The notes beneath the pieces are model-generated. The model had not been told where the DNA came from, did not search any database, and was given only the letters and a program-made list of their open reading frames with translations. A program made the translations under genes and the position numbers. From the sequence record MN882542: a DNA stretch of 64,000 nucleotides, one strand, 5' to 3'. This DNA is from Escherichia phage JN01. Of this stretch, positions 1 through 9,140 are shown piece after piece. The stretch's first letter is position 1, and each line of letters opens with the position of its first letter.

Positions 1-1134
1 TTCCCTAAACTGGTTTATATTCATGACCAGAAGAGACACGATGAGAATATCTGTCAAGGCCAACTGTACAGTAAAGCTATTGAGTGTTGCTCTAAAGCAA
101 TGTATCCAGATTTCTTAAGCGTATCTGGTCATGGTGCTGTAGCAGAGGCTTTTGAGCGTTCTGGCAAGGTAATTTCACCGATGGGTTGCAGAGCTTTCTT
201 ATCCCCATATCTTAACGAGAATGGAGAAGAGTTCTACGTTGGTCGTGCTAATATTGGTGCTGTATCTTTGAACTTACCAATGATTTACCAGTATTCTAAA
301 GAGAATGGTTTAGATTTCTGGAAAGAGCTTGATAAGTACCTAGAGATGATTCGCAGCTTCCACAAGAAACGCTACGAAATGATTGCTAACATGCCAGCAA
401 GTTCTAACCCTCTGGCATTCACACAAGGTGGTCTGTACAAAGGGACTAAGAAACCTACTGACAAGGTTGGTTGGGATATCGTGAAATCCTTCACAGCTTC
501 TTTTGGGGTTACTGCGCTTGATGAACTATCTGTTCTTGCTGAAGGTAAACGACTTCATGAAGTTGGAAGTTCTAGTTTTGCATACGATGTTCTGGCATAC
601 ATTAACATGAAAACTGAAGAGTTTAAGAATGAAGATGGCTTCCTGTATGCAGTATATGGCACTCCAGCAGAGTCATTGTGTGGAACTCAGCTAAAACAGT
701 TCAGAGATATGTTTGGCGTTATCAAAGGCGTTTCTGATAAGGAATATTTTACAAACAGTTTCCATATGAATGTTGCAGCAGATATCTCACCATTTGAGAA
801 GCAGGACTTAGAAGAGCCATTCTTCCATATCTGTAGAGGCGGCAGAATCCAGTATGTGAGGGTAGCTAACCCAGAAAACTTACCAGCACTTAAAAGTTGT
901 ATTACAAGAGGGATGTTGAAAGGTTTTTATCAGGGACTTAACTTTGACTTAGCAATCTGCGAACATTGTGGCAACAGACCAAAGGCTGATGTTGAAGAAT
1001 GTGAGGTTTGCCATTCACATGACATCTCTGTGATTAACAGAGTGTGTGGGTATCTTGGGTGGACTAAGATTAAAGGCGAATCCCGAATGAACGATGCAAA
1101 AATTGCTGAGATTCGTGACAGGGTTTCTATGTAA
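1..1134 (+). CDS. nrdD: anaerobic ribonucleoside-triphosphate reductase NrdD, C-terminal part (5' end lies upstream of window)
   Basis: Frame 1 is open from position 1; C-terminal glycyl-radical motif RVCGYLG and CxxC...CxxC zinc ribbon (CEHCG...CEVCH) typical of class III RNR. Confidence 0.85.
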   Translation, partial: FPKLVYIHDQKRHDENICQGQLYSKAIECCSKAMYPDFLSVSGHGAVAEAFERSGKVISPMGCRAFLSPYLNENGEEFYVGRANIGAVSLNLPMIYQYSKENGLDFWKELDKYLEMIRSFHKKRYEMIANMPASSNPLAFTQGGLYKGTKKPTDKVGWDIVKSFTASFGVTALDELSVLAEGKRLHEVGSSSFAYDVLAYINMKTEEFKNEDGFLYAVYGTPAESLCGTQLKQFRDMFGVIKGVSDKEYFTNSFHMNVAADISPFEKQDLEEPFFHICRGGRIQYVRVANPENLPALKSCITRGMLKGFYQGLNFDLAICEHCGNRPKADVEECEVCHSHDISVINRVCGYLGWTKIKGESRMNDAKIAEIRDRVSM

Positions 1135-1143
1135 AACTTGACA

Positions 1144-1190
1144 AGGTGGTGTGAGTCTTGATAGGCTTACATCACCTTTTTTATTGGATG
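1144..1190 (+). terminator. candidate intrinsic terminator after nrdD
   Basis: Inverted repeat AAGGTG...CACCTT followed by TTTTTTAT. Confidence 0.35.
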
Positions 1191-1288
1191 TTAGATATGG
1201 CAGAGAGCATCATGGGCCTGTTCATAGGTTCTGTCTTACTGGGGTTCTTTTTAGGACTCTCTTATTGTGAGTTGAGAGATAAGTTAAA

Positions 1289-1489
1289 ATGTTTAAAATA
1301 TCAAAAACGTTGATATACATACTTCACATTCTAATCTTCTTTTTTGGAGTTAGTGTTATGGTATGGGGTTTTTCAGACCCACAATGGAGTTTCGCATATC
1401 ATGGTCAGATGGATTTATGGTCATGCTTCAAACCATTTTTAGGGTTAGCTATAGCATTCAGTGCATTACCAACTAGGGTGAAATTATGA
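1289..1489 (+). CDS. small hydrophobic protein
   Basis: 66 aa ORF with strongly hydrophobic N-terminal segment (ILHILIFFFGVSVMVWGF). Confidence 0.4.
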   Translation: MFKISKTLIYILHILIFFFGVSVMVWGFSDPQWSFAYHGQMDLWSCFKPFLGLAIAFSALPTRVKL

Positions 1490-1881
1490 TTAAGTTGAAC
1501 CAAAAACAGTTAGAGTGGGTTAAAGACTACGCCTCAGAGTGTGGCTCTTGCGAAAAGAATCACGTAAGATACTCAACATTCCATACAGTCTTCACATTGT
1601 ACATCAGCGACAATGTTCTAAGTGATTCCGTGGAAGACGGTGTAGCGTTACCTAATGAGTTACTTGATAAACTAGCTGTAGTCACTGGAACTTGGTCTGA
1701 AGAAGACGGTCATGAATTATCTGATGATATTGTCTTCTACACTCTTGAAAACATCATGAATCCAGAGTACATTATGCTAATGACTTGTGCACAAGACTGT
1801 GTGCCATTACAAAACTTCATTAAAGAACACTGTGAAGAATTTATTACTAAACAGGTTCCTTGTCAGGTTGTGTTTGAATAA
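1486..1881 (+). CDS. hypothetical protein
   Basis: 131 aa ORF, start overlaps previous stop (ATGA), no recognisable motif. Confidence 0.5.
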   Translation: MIKLNQKQLEWVKDYASECGSCEKNHVRYSTFHTVFTLYISDNVLSDSVEDGVALPNELLDKLAVVTGTWSEEDGHELSDDIVFYTLENIMNPEYIMLMTCAQDCVPLQNFIKEHCEEFITKQVPCQVVFE

Positions 1882-1916
1882 GTAAAACAATTAAATAATA
1901 TTGGTGAGGTAACTAG

Positions 1917-2402
1917 ATGAATTACATGGAGATTCGACCATTCGACACAGCTAATGGTGAAGGGGTTCGTGTAAGCCTCTTCGTAGCTGGCTGCAAACAT
2001 CACTGTGAAGGCTGCTTTAACAGGGAGTCTTGGAAGTTTAATGCTGGTAAAGAGTTTACTTATGCAAACCTCTACGGCATCATTAAATTAATGGATGATG
2101 AGGCCATCAGTGGGTTGTCAATACTTGGTGGAGAACCTCTTGATGACAGAAACATTCAAGAAGTCACCAACATATGTAAACGTATTAAAACTGTTTACCC
2201 AGAAAAGTCTATCTGGCTCTGGACAGGTTTTCAGTTACACGAAAAAATTCATCTAGATGTGATGAAATATGTTGACGTGGTGATTGATGGTAAGTATGAT
2301 TCTTCTAAACCAACAGTTAAACCATATCGTGGTTCTGATAACCAAAACCTCTGGAGAAAAGAGTATGGATGGCAAGGCGATTGTCAATGGCGAGCAGAGT
2401 AA
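1917..2402 (+). CDS. nrdG: anaerobic ribonucleotide reductase activating protein NrdG (radical SAM)
   Basis: CxxxCxxC cluster (CKHHCEGC) near N-terminus, about 160 aa, immediately downstream of nrdD; RBS GGTGAGG upstream. Confidence 0.85.
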   Translation: MNYMEIRPFDTANGEGVRVSLFVAGCKHHCEGCFNRESWKFNAGKEFTYANLYGIIKLMDDEAISGLSILGGEPLDDRNIQEVTNICKRIKTVYPEKSIWLWTGFQLHEKIHLDVMKYVDVVIDGKYDSSKPTVKPYRGSDNQNLWRKEYGWQGDCQWRAE

Positions 2403-2441
2403 ATCTCGTCGTAAAATTGGCTACGGAAAAGGTGAGATAAT

Positions 2442-2742
2442 GATTATCTCTTTTAATAGTGCTTTATTAGGCACTTATAAGGTTAAGACTGAACTCCTTG
2501 ATGAGTGGAAAAAGTATACAAACTCACTTTTTGGTAATGTTGGAATGGAAGCCTTAGCAGAGATTGAGAAGGCTGGAACATTCGAAGTTGTTGGTAAAGG
2601 CCACTTTACAATGTTCTACAAAACAAATTTAAACGTTGGTGACAGTGTTGTTGGTGTCACTGAAGAAGAACTTAAAACATTTTGTGAAAAGATTGAGAGA
2701 GATATCAAATGGGAATCTGGAACAGTTTTAAATCAAAAGTAA
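2442..2742 (+). CDS. hypothetical protein
   Basis: ORF-track start at 2284 is TTG inside nrdG; ATG at 2442 has AAGGTGAG RBS. Alternative ATG at 2365 not excluded. Confidence 0.35.
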
Positions 2743-2966
2743 AAGCAGCATTGGCATCACTAGGTATGCTCACTGGTGTTGACGTTACTCATCTCATGCA
2801 GAATTTCAAGATGGATGAGAGGCTGGCTAATGAGATTATGAAAAGCATCTATGTAGGTCGTGGAAAAGGTGGTAAAAAACAAGCACACCGACCAACTGGT
2901 GCAGCAGCAATTAAACGTGCAGCTAAAAAAGCTCGTAACCGTAAACGTAACAAGAAGGCTAAATAA
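2709..2966 (+). CDS. hypothetical small basic protein
   Basis: 85 aa ORF with Lys/Arg-rich C-terminus (KKARNRKRNKKAK). Confidence 0.35.
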   Translation: MGIWNSFKSKVKAALASLGMLTGVDVTHLMQNFKMDERLANEIMKSIYVGRGKGGKKQAHRPTGAAAIKRAAKKARNRKRNKKAK

Positions 2967-2968
2967 TC

Positions 2969-3289
2969 ATGAGCAAAGTTTATAACACTCGTAAATTACA
3001 GATTTTCGTACTGTGCCAGTTTATGGCTAAAGAGTATAACTGCTACTATTGTGGTACAGGGTTCATCAGTGACAATGACGGTTCATATCTACCATTCAAA
3101 GAGGCTGTAAAACTCTTCAATGAAGAGAAAAGCTCTAAGAAAGATATTGAAAAGGTTAAGCTAACCTACAGCAAGAAAGATAAGAAGATTATCTGCCTAG
3201 ATAACTTTGTGAAAGTTACTGGAGAAGCAAAAGAGTTTATGGATGAGAGTGAAATCTCATTCACAAGCATCTTGAAAGTAGCTCAGTAA
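2969..3289 (+). CDS. hypothetical protein
   Basis: 106 aa ORF directly after previous stop. Confidence 0.5.
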   Translation: MSKVYNTRKLQIFVLCQFMAKEYNCYYCGTGFISDNDGSYLPFKEAVKLFNEEKSSKKDIEKVKLTYSKKDKKIICLDNFVKVTGEAKEFMDESEISFTSILKVAQ

Positions 3290-3301
3290 ACAGATACTAT
3301 A

Positions 3302-3330
3302 AGGGGACTGTAAAGGTTCCCTTTTTTATT
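3302..3330 (+). terminator. intrinsic terminator
   Basis: GGGGAC-tgtaaa-GGTTCCC hairpin followed by TTTTTTATTTT. Confidence 0.55.
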
Positions 3331-3341
3331 TTGGAGATAAT

Positions 3342-3857
3342 ATGTATCTGTCAAATCTGAAACGTTCTGCTGCAATGTCAGTTCTAAGACTCAGCTTCGA
3401 GGAACGTCAAGAGTTCATTGACTCCCACCAATACGACCCTTCTAACTCAAATCACATGATTCTCTGGAATCGTGATAGTACCCGTGAAAGAGCACTATTC
3501 CGATATTACCCACACTACACCATAGATAACCTGTATGAATGTTTTGTTGTGAAGAACACTATCACAGTGCTCAATAAACTTTGCAGATACACAGGTAATC
3601 AAGCATTCACATTAGGTCACCACAAACCTGTTACAAAAGGTGGTGAACATCACTGTGCAAACTGGTTTATCCAAACTAAACTTGATAACCAGAAGCAAGG
3701 AGATAGTCTTTTAAGCACCTCTAAGATGACCTATGAAGAGCAAGAGAAATATATCAAAAATAATATGCCAGATGTGCTTGACAACAACTATACAGATTTG
3801 GCAATATCTCTCCTGTTGAAGTTCGAGACAGTTTATAGGGCAACTTACAATGGCTAA
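3342..3857 (+). CDS. hypothetical protein, possible HNH-like nuclease
   Basis: 171 aa; segment GHHKPVTKGGEHHCANWFIQTKLDNQKQ loosely resembles an HNH core; RBS GGAG before ATG. Confidence 0.4.
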   Translation: MYLSNLKRSAAMSVLRLSFEERQEFIDSHQYDPSNSNHMILWNRDSTRERALFRYYPHYTIDNLYECFVVKNTITVLNKLCRYTGNQAFTLGHHKPVTKGGEHHCANWFIQTKLDNQKQGDSLLSTSKMTYEEQEKYIKNNMPDVLDNNYTDLAISLLLKFETVYRATYNG

Positions 3858-4128
3858 AGAGAAGTGGGAAATTTTACCATTAGTGAGTGAAGGTGGTAAC
3901 GGTTGTGAGATGTACATGATACGTGGTCATGTCCCAGAACCGATTGCACTTGAGATGGTAAACAACTTTACAGATGGCTCTTACAAAGACTTAGGAGAAC
4001 CAACTGTCAAGCAACAATGGGTTAAACCTGTACCAGACAGCACAGGTAACTGTAGTGTACTTTATCACGTTGTAGACCCTACAAAATGCAAATCTGCAAT
4101 GGCAGTAACAAACGTAACTTTTGATTGA
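3850..4128 (+). CDS. hypothetical protein
   Basis: 92 aa ORF overlapping previous stop. Confidence 0.45.
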   Translation: MAKEKWEILPLVSEGGNGCEMYMIRGHVPEPIALEMVNNFTDGSYKDLGEPTVKQQWVKPVPDSTGNCSVLYHVVDPTKCKSAMAVTNVTFD

Positions 4129-4137
4129 GAGAGAATT

Positions 4138-4593
4138 ATGATTTTTTGCAGCTTCCAAAAAAGAATTATTGAGATTCTATACAATAAGTTTGGGACAGAT
4201 AACACATTTGACTCAAATGAAGCTATTGAAGCTCTACAAGAAGGAAGTGATTACATCAAAAAACAGCCAATAGCAAACATCAGGTACTACTTGACTCAGA
4301 TGAGAAAGTGGGGTGTACTCATCGTGGTAGGACAGATTAAGCAACAAGGGAGGATGCTCATCAACCAATTAAATAGAGGTTTTATTGAGAAGCACATTCA
4401 GCTAGACTATTTACTTAAAGAGCCACGAAACCAACGTGAAGAGCAGCAAAAAGACTTAAGTGGTGGTGTAGATGTGTCTCCAGACATAAAATTCTTTATT
4501 GGTGAGTTGATGTTTGATACACTCCAAGATGCTGTTGAACACTGCAAAAAGTATATTATCAAAGTAAAACGTGCAAAAATTATTTGGGAGTAA
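4138..4593 (+). CDS. hypothetical protein, paralog family type A (copy 1)
   Basis: 151 aa; N-terminus MIFCSFQKRIIEILYNKFGTDNTFDSNEAIEAL and C-terminus AVEHCKKYIIKVKRAKIIWE shared with 5015..5479. Confidence 0.6.
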   Translation: MIFCSFQKRIIEILYNKFGTDNTFDSNEAIEALQEGSDYIKKQPIANIRYYLTQMRKWGVLIVVGQIKQQGRMLINQLNRGFIEKHIQLDYLLKEPRNQREEQQKDLSGGVDVSPDIKFFIGELMFDTLQDAVEHCKKYIIKVKRAKIIWE

Positions 4594-4597
4594 TAAC

Positions 4598-4993
4598 ATG
4601 TTTGAGCTTCTGAAGGTTCTGTATATAAATTTTGGCTATGATAAAACATTTTCTGGCTCACAACTAACTAAGGTTTTTAATAAATATCTACCACATGCTT
4701 CAATCAGGGATAAAGCTAATTGGTCTCACAGATTACGTAAAAGTGGGTATATTAGCGTTGTTGGAGCGACAGGCTTTAATAATGAGTATCTTATGAGAAT
4801 CAATGAAAGCAAAGCTAAAAATGTGCTTTTAAGTTGTAATGGCCATCAACAAAAGGATGAAGAGGTTAGTGTAGGTGAAGTAGGGTACTTCATAGGTGAC
4901 ATACACTTTACCAGTATGGAGGCAGCAGTTGAGCATTGTAAGAGAACGGTTATCCAAACAAAAAGAAAGCGTATTGTTTGGGAAGAAGTTTAA
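4598..4993 (+). CDS. hypothetical protein, paralog family type B (copy 1)
   Basis: ORF-track start 4571 is GTG; ATG at 4598 gives MFELLKVLYINFGYDKTF; C-terminus AVEHCKRTVIQTKRKRIVWE shares the family tail. Confidence 0.55.
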   Translation: MFELLKVLYINFGYDKTFSGSQLTKVFNKYLPHASIRDKANWSHRLRKSGYISVVGATGFNNEYLMRINESKAKNVLLSCNGHQQKDEEVSVGEVGYFIGDIHFTSMEAAVEHCKRTVIQTKRKRIVWEEV

Positions 4994-5014
4994 ACATTTG
5001 ATTAGGAATACACT

Positions 5015-5479
5015 ATGATTTTTTGCAATTTACAGAAGCACGTAATAGAGATTTTATACAAAACCTTCGGGACAGAAAACACTTTTGACTCTAACGAAGC
5101 AATTGACGCATTAAGAGAGAATAGCCTTTTTATACGAGGCCAGTCAATCAGTAATACCCGTGGGTATCTAACAATGTTAAGACAGTCTGGTGTACTGCTG
5201 ACTGTAGGGCAGGTAAAAAGCAAAGGTAGGCTAAGTATTAATCAATTAAATCGAGCCTTTATGGAGAAGCACATACAACTGTCAAGGATGCTAGATAATA
5301 CGCGTGAAGAGTTGGGGAGTTCACAAAAAGCAAGTTCATCTGATGTTAAAGATGTGGATGTACAACCTGACGTAAGATACTTTATTGCTGATGTTATGTT
5401 TAAAACACTCGATGAAGCTATTGAGCACTGCAAAAAGCATCTTATTAAAGTTAAACATGCAAAAGTTATTTGGGAGTGA
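5015..5479 (+). CDS. hypothetical protein, paralog family type A (copy 2)
   Basis: 154 aa; MIFCNLQKHVIEILYKTFGTENTFDSNEAIDAL ... AIEHCKKHLIKVKHAKVIWE. Confidence 0.6.
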   Translation: MIFCNLQKHVIEILYKTFGTENTFDSNEAIDALRENSLFIRGQSISNTRGYLTMLRQSGVLLTVGQVKSKGRLSINQLNRAFMEKHIQLSRMLDNTREELGSSQKASSSDVKDVDVQPDVRYFIADVMFKTLDEAIEHCKKHLIKVKHAKVIWE

Positions 5480-5483
5480 TGCT

Positions 5484-5864
5484 ATGATTGAACTGTTAAA
5501 AGTCCTGTATAATAAGTTTGGTTATGATAAAACTTTTACTTGTTCACAGATACGTAGTATCCATGACAAGGAATTTCCAAATGTATCCAAGACAAACAAG
5601 TCAACTCGGTTCAATCGTCTTCGCCAGAGGGGTTACATTAAAATAGTTGGATATAAGAATAACTCTTTCGAGTATGTAATGCAGATTAACAGAGAAGTAT
5701 CAAGTAAAATACTTGAAGAGCCAACAGCCGAAGAACAAAAGATACAAGATGGTGAAGTTCGCTTCTTTGTGGAGAAGGAAAGTTTTGGGTCAATAGATGA
5801 AGCTATCGAGTATTGTAAAAAGAACATTATCCAGATAAAGCGTAGAAAGGTTATTTGGGAATAA
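5484..5864 (+). CDS. hypothetical protein, paralog family type B (copy 2)
   Basis: ATG at 5484 gives MIELLKVLYNKFGYDKTF; C-terminus AIEYCKKNIIQIKRRKVIWE. Confidence 0.55.
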   Translation: MIELLKVLYNKFGYDKTFTCSQIRSIHDKEFPNVSKTNKSTRFNRLRQRGYIKIVGYKNNSFEYVMQINREVSSKILEEPTAEEQKIQDGEVRFFVEKESFGSIDEAIEYCKKNIIQIKRRKVIWE

Positions 5865-5883
5865 AGAGAGAGAGAGAGAAACT

Positions 5884-6765
5884 ATGAAAACATCTATCCG
5901 TGTTACAGTTCATTCACCAACTAAAGGGACTCATGAAGAAGAGTTTAACATCATCCAATTCCCTTCTGGTGAGATTGGTGGAAACTTTTCACCAGAGTTT
6001 GTTGATTTTACTGCTTATGCAGCATCATCTATCAACAATGTGATTATGATTGTAAAAGGTTATGATAAAGATACATTGTTTGCTGTGGCACTTGCTAAAG
6101 AGGCGGTGGACAACTTAGTACCTCATAAGTTTGCTATGAAGACCATTATCTTTTACTATTTGCCAAATGCACGTTATGACCGTCACATGTTTAAAGGTGA
6201 TGCAGCAGCTTTGAAAGTGTTTGCACAACAGGTTAATGCAATGGGTTTTGATGCAGTCTGTGCAGTTGACCCTCACAGCTATGTACCAGATAACCTGTTT
6301 AACTGCTTCCAGAGTATTCCTCAAAAGGAAATTGCAGTCCACTATGCAAATGACCCACTGGTTGATTACTTAGTAGCCCCAGATGCAGGTGCTTCTAAGA
6401 AGATTGCAGAGACTGCTAAAGAGGTGGATAAACCATACATCACAATGGCTAAGGTACGTGACCTTAAGACTGGTGAAATTACTGGTATGCGAATCCTTGA
6501 TGATGTTGATTTGACCGACAAAACTGTTATGATTCTCGACGATATCTGTGATGGTGGTCGAACCTTCATAGAAGCAGCTAAACATCTTCGTGAAGCAGGT
6601 GCAAAACGTGTGGAACTCTATGTAACACATGGTATCTTCTCTAAAGGCGTTGAAAACCTTCTTGACAATGGTATTGACCATATTTACACTACAAACTCTT
6701 TAGGGGAAGCTAAAGACCGTGGCTTAACACATTATGGTCAAGTTACTGTAGCAAACCTTGATTGA
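5884..6765 (+). CDS. prs: ribose-phosphate pyrophosphokinase (PRPP synthetase)-like protein; possibly ADP-ribose pyrophosphokinase of a NAD reconstitution pair
   Basis: PRTase-type motifs VAPDAGA and ILDDICDGGRTF, 293 aa; RBS GAGAGAGA before ATG. Confidence 0.75.
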   Translation: MKTSIRVTVHSPTKGTHEEEFNIIQFPSGEIGGNFSPEFVDFTAYAASSINNVIMIVKGYDKDTLFAVALAKEAVDNLVPHKFAMKTIIFYYLPNARYDRHMFKGDAAALKVFAQQVNAMGFDAVCAVDPHSYVPDNLFNCFQSIPQKEIAVHYANDPLVDYLVAPDAGASKKIAETAKEVDKPYITMAKVRDLKTGEITGMRILDDVDLTDKTVMILDDICDGGRTFIEAAKHLREAGAKRVELYVTHGIFSKGVENLLDNGIDHIYTTNSLGEAKDRGLTHYGQVTVANLD

Positions 6766-6769
6766 AACT

Positions 6770-6796
6770 TTATAGGGGCTTCAAAGCCCCATTTTG
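6770..6796 (+). terminator. hairpin with weak T-tract between prs-like and NAMPT-like genes
   Basis: GGGGCTT-caa-AGCCCC followed by ATTTTG; may act as attenuator. Confidence 0.35.
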
Positions 6797-6811
6797 AGAG
6801 AGATTAAAAAG

Positions 6812-8593
6812 ATGACTAAATCACTTTATGCAGTACCAGCAGGTTTAAACGCAGATGCTTACAAATCTGGTCATGTTTACCAGTACCCTAGTGCAACAGA
6901 GTACTTGATGTTTAACCTGACACCACGTAGCAATAAATGGTTTAACAGCCCTTTAGCAATTGACGGTGTAGTGGCTTTTGGTATTCAACGTTTTGTTAAA
7001 GATTACTTGATAGACCACTGGAATGCCACCTTCTTTGAACGTGACAAAAAAGAAGCAATTGATGAAATCTTAGAAGTCATGAACGGTGTTCTGGGTAAAG
7101 ATGCTATTGGTCGAGAGCATTGGGAAGCACTTCATGACTTGGGTTATCTACCAGTTGAAGTATACGCTGTAGAAGAAGGCACAGTTGTCCCTATGCGTGT
7201 CCCAATGATTGTCTTCCAGAACACTATTTCAGGTTTCCATTGGGTAGCTGGGTATCTGGAAGATGCTTTCTCTGCTGAGATTTGGAAGGCTTGTACCATT
7301 GCAACTATTGCATTGCACTACAAACGTATCTGTAAGAAGTGGGCTGACCTTACTTGTGACAACGACTTGCATTTACCTTACCAGTGCCATGACTTTGCTA
7401 TGCGTGGTATGTCCGGCTTCACTGATGACGCATTTAATGCTGTAGGACACTTAACCAGCTTCAAAGGAACTGATAGCTTCCCTGCTGTATATACAGCTAA
7501 ACGCATCTATGGACAGTCCTACCCAATCTCTGATATTGGTAGCTCTGTACCAGCCACTGAACACTCTGTAATGTGTGCAAACATTGCTTGGGAAGGTGGT
7601 AATGAGTTGATTGAAGAAGAAAGACGCTTTAAAGGTGAGTTACAAACCTTCCGTCGTTTCTTAACAGAAACTTATCCAACTGGTATTGCAAGTGTTGTTT
7701 CAGACACTTATAATTTCTGGAGAACTGTATCAGAAATCTTACCAGCACTTCGTAAAGAGATTATGGAACGTGATGGCAAACTGGTAATTCGTCCTGACTC
7801 TGGCGACCCTGTACATATTGTCACAGGTTATAAAGCAATCCACTTAGAGTGTGCTAAAAAGGCTTATTACGAACACCTAAGCAAGCTGGAAGCCAGTGAC
7901 ACAATGTTGAATGCTGTTCTGAACATGAAGCTTGAAAACATCAACTATGGTATTGCTGGATGGCTACTGTCAGAAGGCTACGAAATGGTTGTTGACAGAG
8001 AAGACTTTGAAGTTGCTGATACAGTGCTGTTGAAAAATGCTTATATGGTTGGTTCTGCAAACGTTGTAACGCGTCCTGTAGCAGAGATTGATGGGGCCAT
8101 TAAGACACTGTATAACATCTTCGGAGGAACTATCAACTCTAAAGGCTTCAAGGTACTGGATGAGCACATCGGCCTTATCTATGGTGACTCTATCACGTTG
8201 GAACGTGCAAACGAAATCCTGAAGCGTTTGTATGAAATGGGTTTTGCAAGCTCTAACGTAGTGTTTGGTGTAGGTTCTTACACTTACCAGTACATTACTC
8301 GTGACACCTTTGCATTTGCTGTCAAAGCAACTCTTGCAAGCATTGGTGGTAAAGAGATTATGCTTGCAAAAGACCCTAAAACAGATAGTGGTGTTAAGAA
8401 GTCTGCTTTTGGTGGTGTAGCACCCATGTGGGATGGTGAGAATCTGAAAGCTGTAGATGGCTATGGGTTCCAGAGCTTTGCAGATGCACTTGAACATCCA
8501 GCTTGTGCTTTACGTTTAGTCTTTAGCGACTCTGAGCAGTTCGGCTACACAACTCTTGGCGATATTCGAAATAATATTGACAAGCAGCTTTAA
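6812..8593 (+). CDS. nadV: nicotinamide phosphoribosyltransferase (NAMPT/NadV) family protein
   Basis: N-terminal NADAYKSGHVYQYP resembles the NAMPT substrate motif (DSYKVTHYKQYP); about 593 aa; ORF-track start 6794 is TTG, ATG at 6812. Confidence 0.75.
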   Translation: MTKSLYAVPAGLNADAYKSGHVYQYPSATEYLMFNLTPRSNKWFNSPLAIDGVVAFGIQRFVKDYLIDHWNATFFERDKKEAIDEILEVMNGVLGKDAIGREHWEALHDLGYLPVEVYAVEEGTVVPMRVPMIVFQNTISGFHWVAGYLEDAFSAEIWKACTIATIALHYKRICKKWADLTCDNDLHLPYQCHDFAMRGMSGFTDDAFNAVGHLTSFKGTDSFPAVYTAKRIYGQSYPISDIGSSVPATEHSVMCANIAWEGGNELIEEERRFKGELQTFRRFLTETYPTGIASVVSDTYNFWRTVSEILPALRKEIMERDGKLVIRPDSGDPVHIVTGYKAIHLECAKKAYYEHLSKLEASDTMLNAVLNMKLENINYGIAGWLLSEGYEMVVDREDFEVADTVLLKNAYMVGSANVVTRPVAEIDGAIKTLYNIFGGTINSKGFKVLDEHIGLIYGDSITLERANEILKRLYEMGFASSNVVFGVGSYTYQYITRDTFAFAVKATLASIGGKEIMLAKDPKTDSGVKKSAFGGVAPMWDGENLKAVDGYGFQSFADALEHPACALRLVFSDSEQFGYTTLGDIRNNIDKQL

Positions 8594-8607
8594 AAGTATA
8601 TGATAAG

Positions 8608-8632
8608 AGGCTCCTACGGGAGCCTTTTTAAT
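8608..8632 (+). terminator. intrinsic terminator
   Basis: GGCTCC-tacg-GGAGCC hairpin followed by TTTTTAATTT. Confidence 0.65.
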
Positions 8633-8646
8633 TTCTGGAGAAGATT

Positions 8647-8982
8647 ATGAAAATCAAAGAAATGAACATCAACATTGTCTTAGAAGAACGTTGGGAGAAC
8701 ATCAAGAAGCCTGAAAATGGTCATAAGTTCCTCAACAAAATCTTAGTGGCAGCTAAAGAAGAACTGACTGGCAAGGTTGCAGCAGCAATCACAATAAAGG
8801 TGTGTGTAAAAGGTCTTCCAGACAATCACCAATTTGCACTTGACGAGTTTAAAGAAAGCTTCTACAATCCAAACAAACAGATGCTTGAAAGTAACTTTGC
8901 AGTATCTACAAGTATCGTCCATGACAGAAGCTTTATCCTTTACAAGAATATGAGAGGTGAGTCATGCAAGCATATTGGATAG
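8647..8982 (+). CDS. hypothetical protein
   Basis: 111 aa ORF with GGAG RBS. Confidence 0.5.
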   Translation: MKIKEMNINIVLEERWENIKKPENGHKFLNKILVAAKEELTGKVAAAITIKVCVKGLPDNHQFALDEFKESFYNPNKQMLESNFAVSTSIVHDRSFILYKNMRGESCKHIG

Positions 8983-9140
8983 AAATTTTACTGTCACTTG
9001 GTAGTGTAGCAGTTCTTGTTTATCTTCTTTGTAAGTACTTTGCAGAGCATAAAAAATGTGACTACTGTGATGGAGAAGGTTATACAAGAGCAGGTTGTTG
9101 CCCTATGTGTGGCGGTTCTGGTAAAATGTTTAATAAGTAA
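8964..9140 (+). CDS. small membrane-anchored protein with DnaJ-type zinc finger (not in ORF track, below 60 aa)
   Basis: ATG 8964 after GAGAGGTGAG; hydrophobic N-terminus then CDYCDGEG and CPMCGGSG (two CxxCxGxG repeats); overlaps 3' end of previous ORF. Confidence 0.35.
   Translation: MQAYWIEILLSLGSVAVLVYLLCKYFAEHKKCDYCDGEGYTRAGCCPMCGGSGKMFNK

Noticed and set aside
7970-8497. 175 aa minus-strand ORF inside the NAMPT-like gene
   Set aside because: Antisense to a well-supported enzyme gene in a unidirectional plus-strand block; no supporting signals
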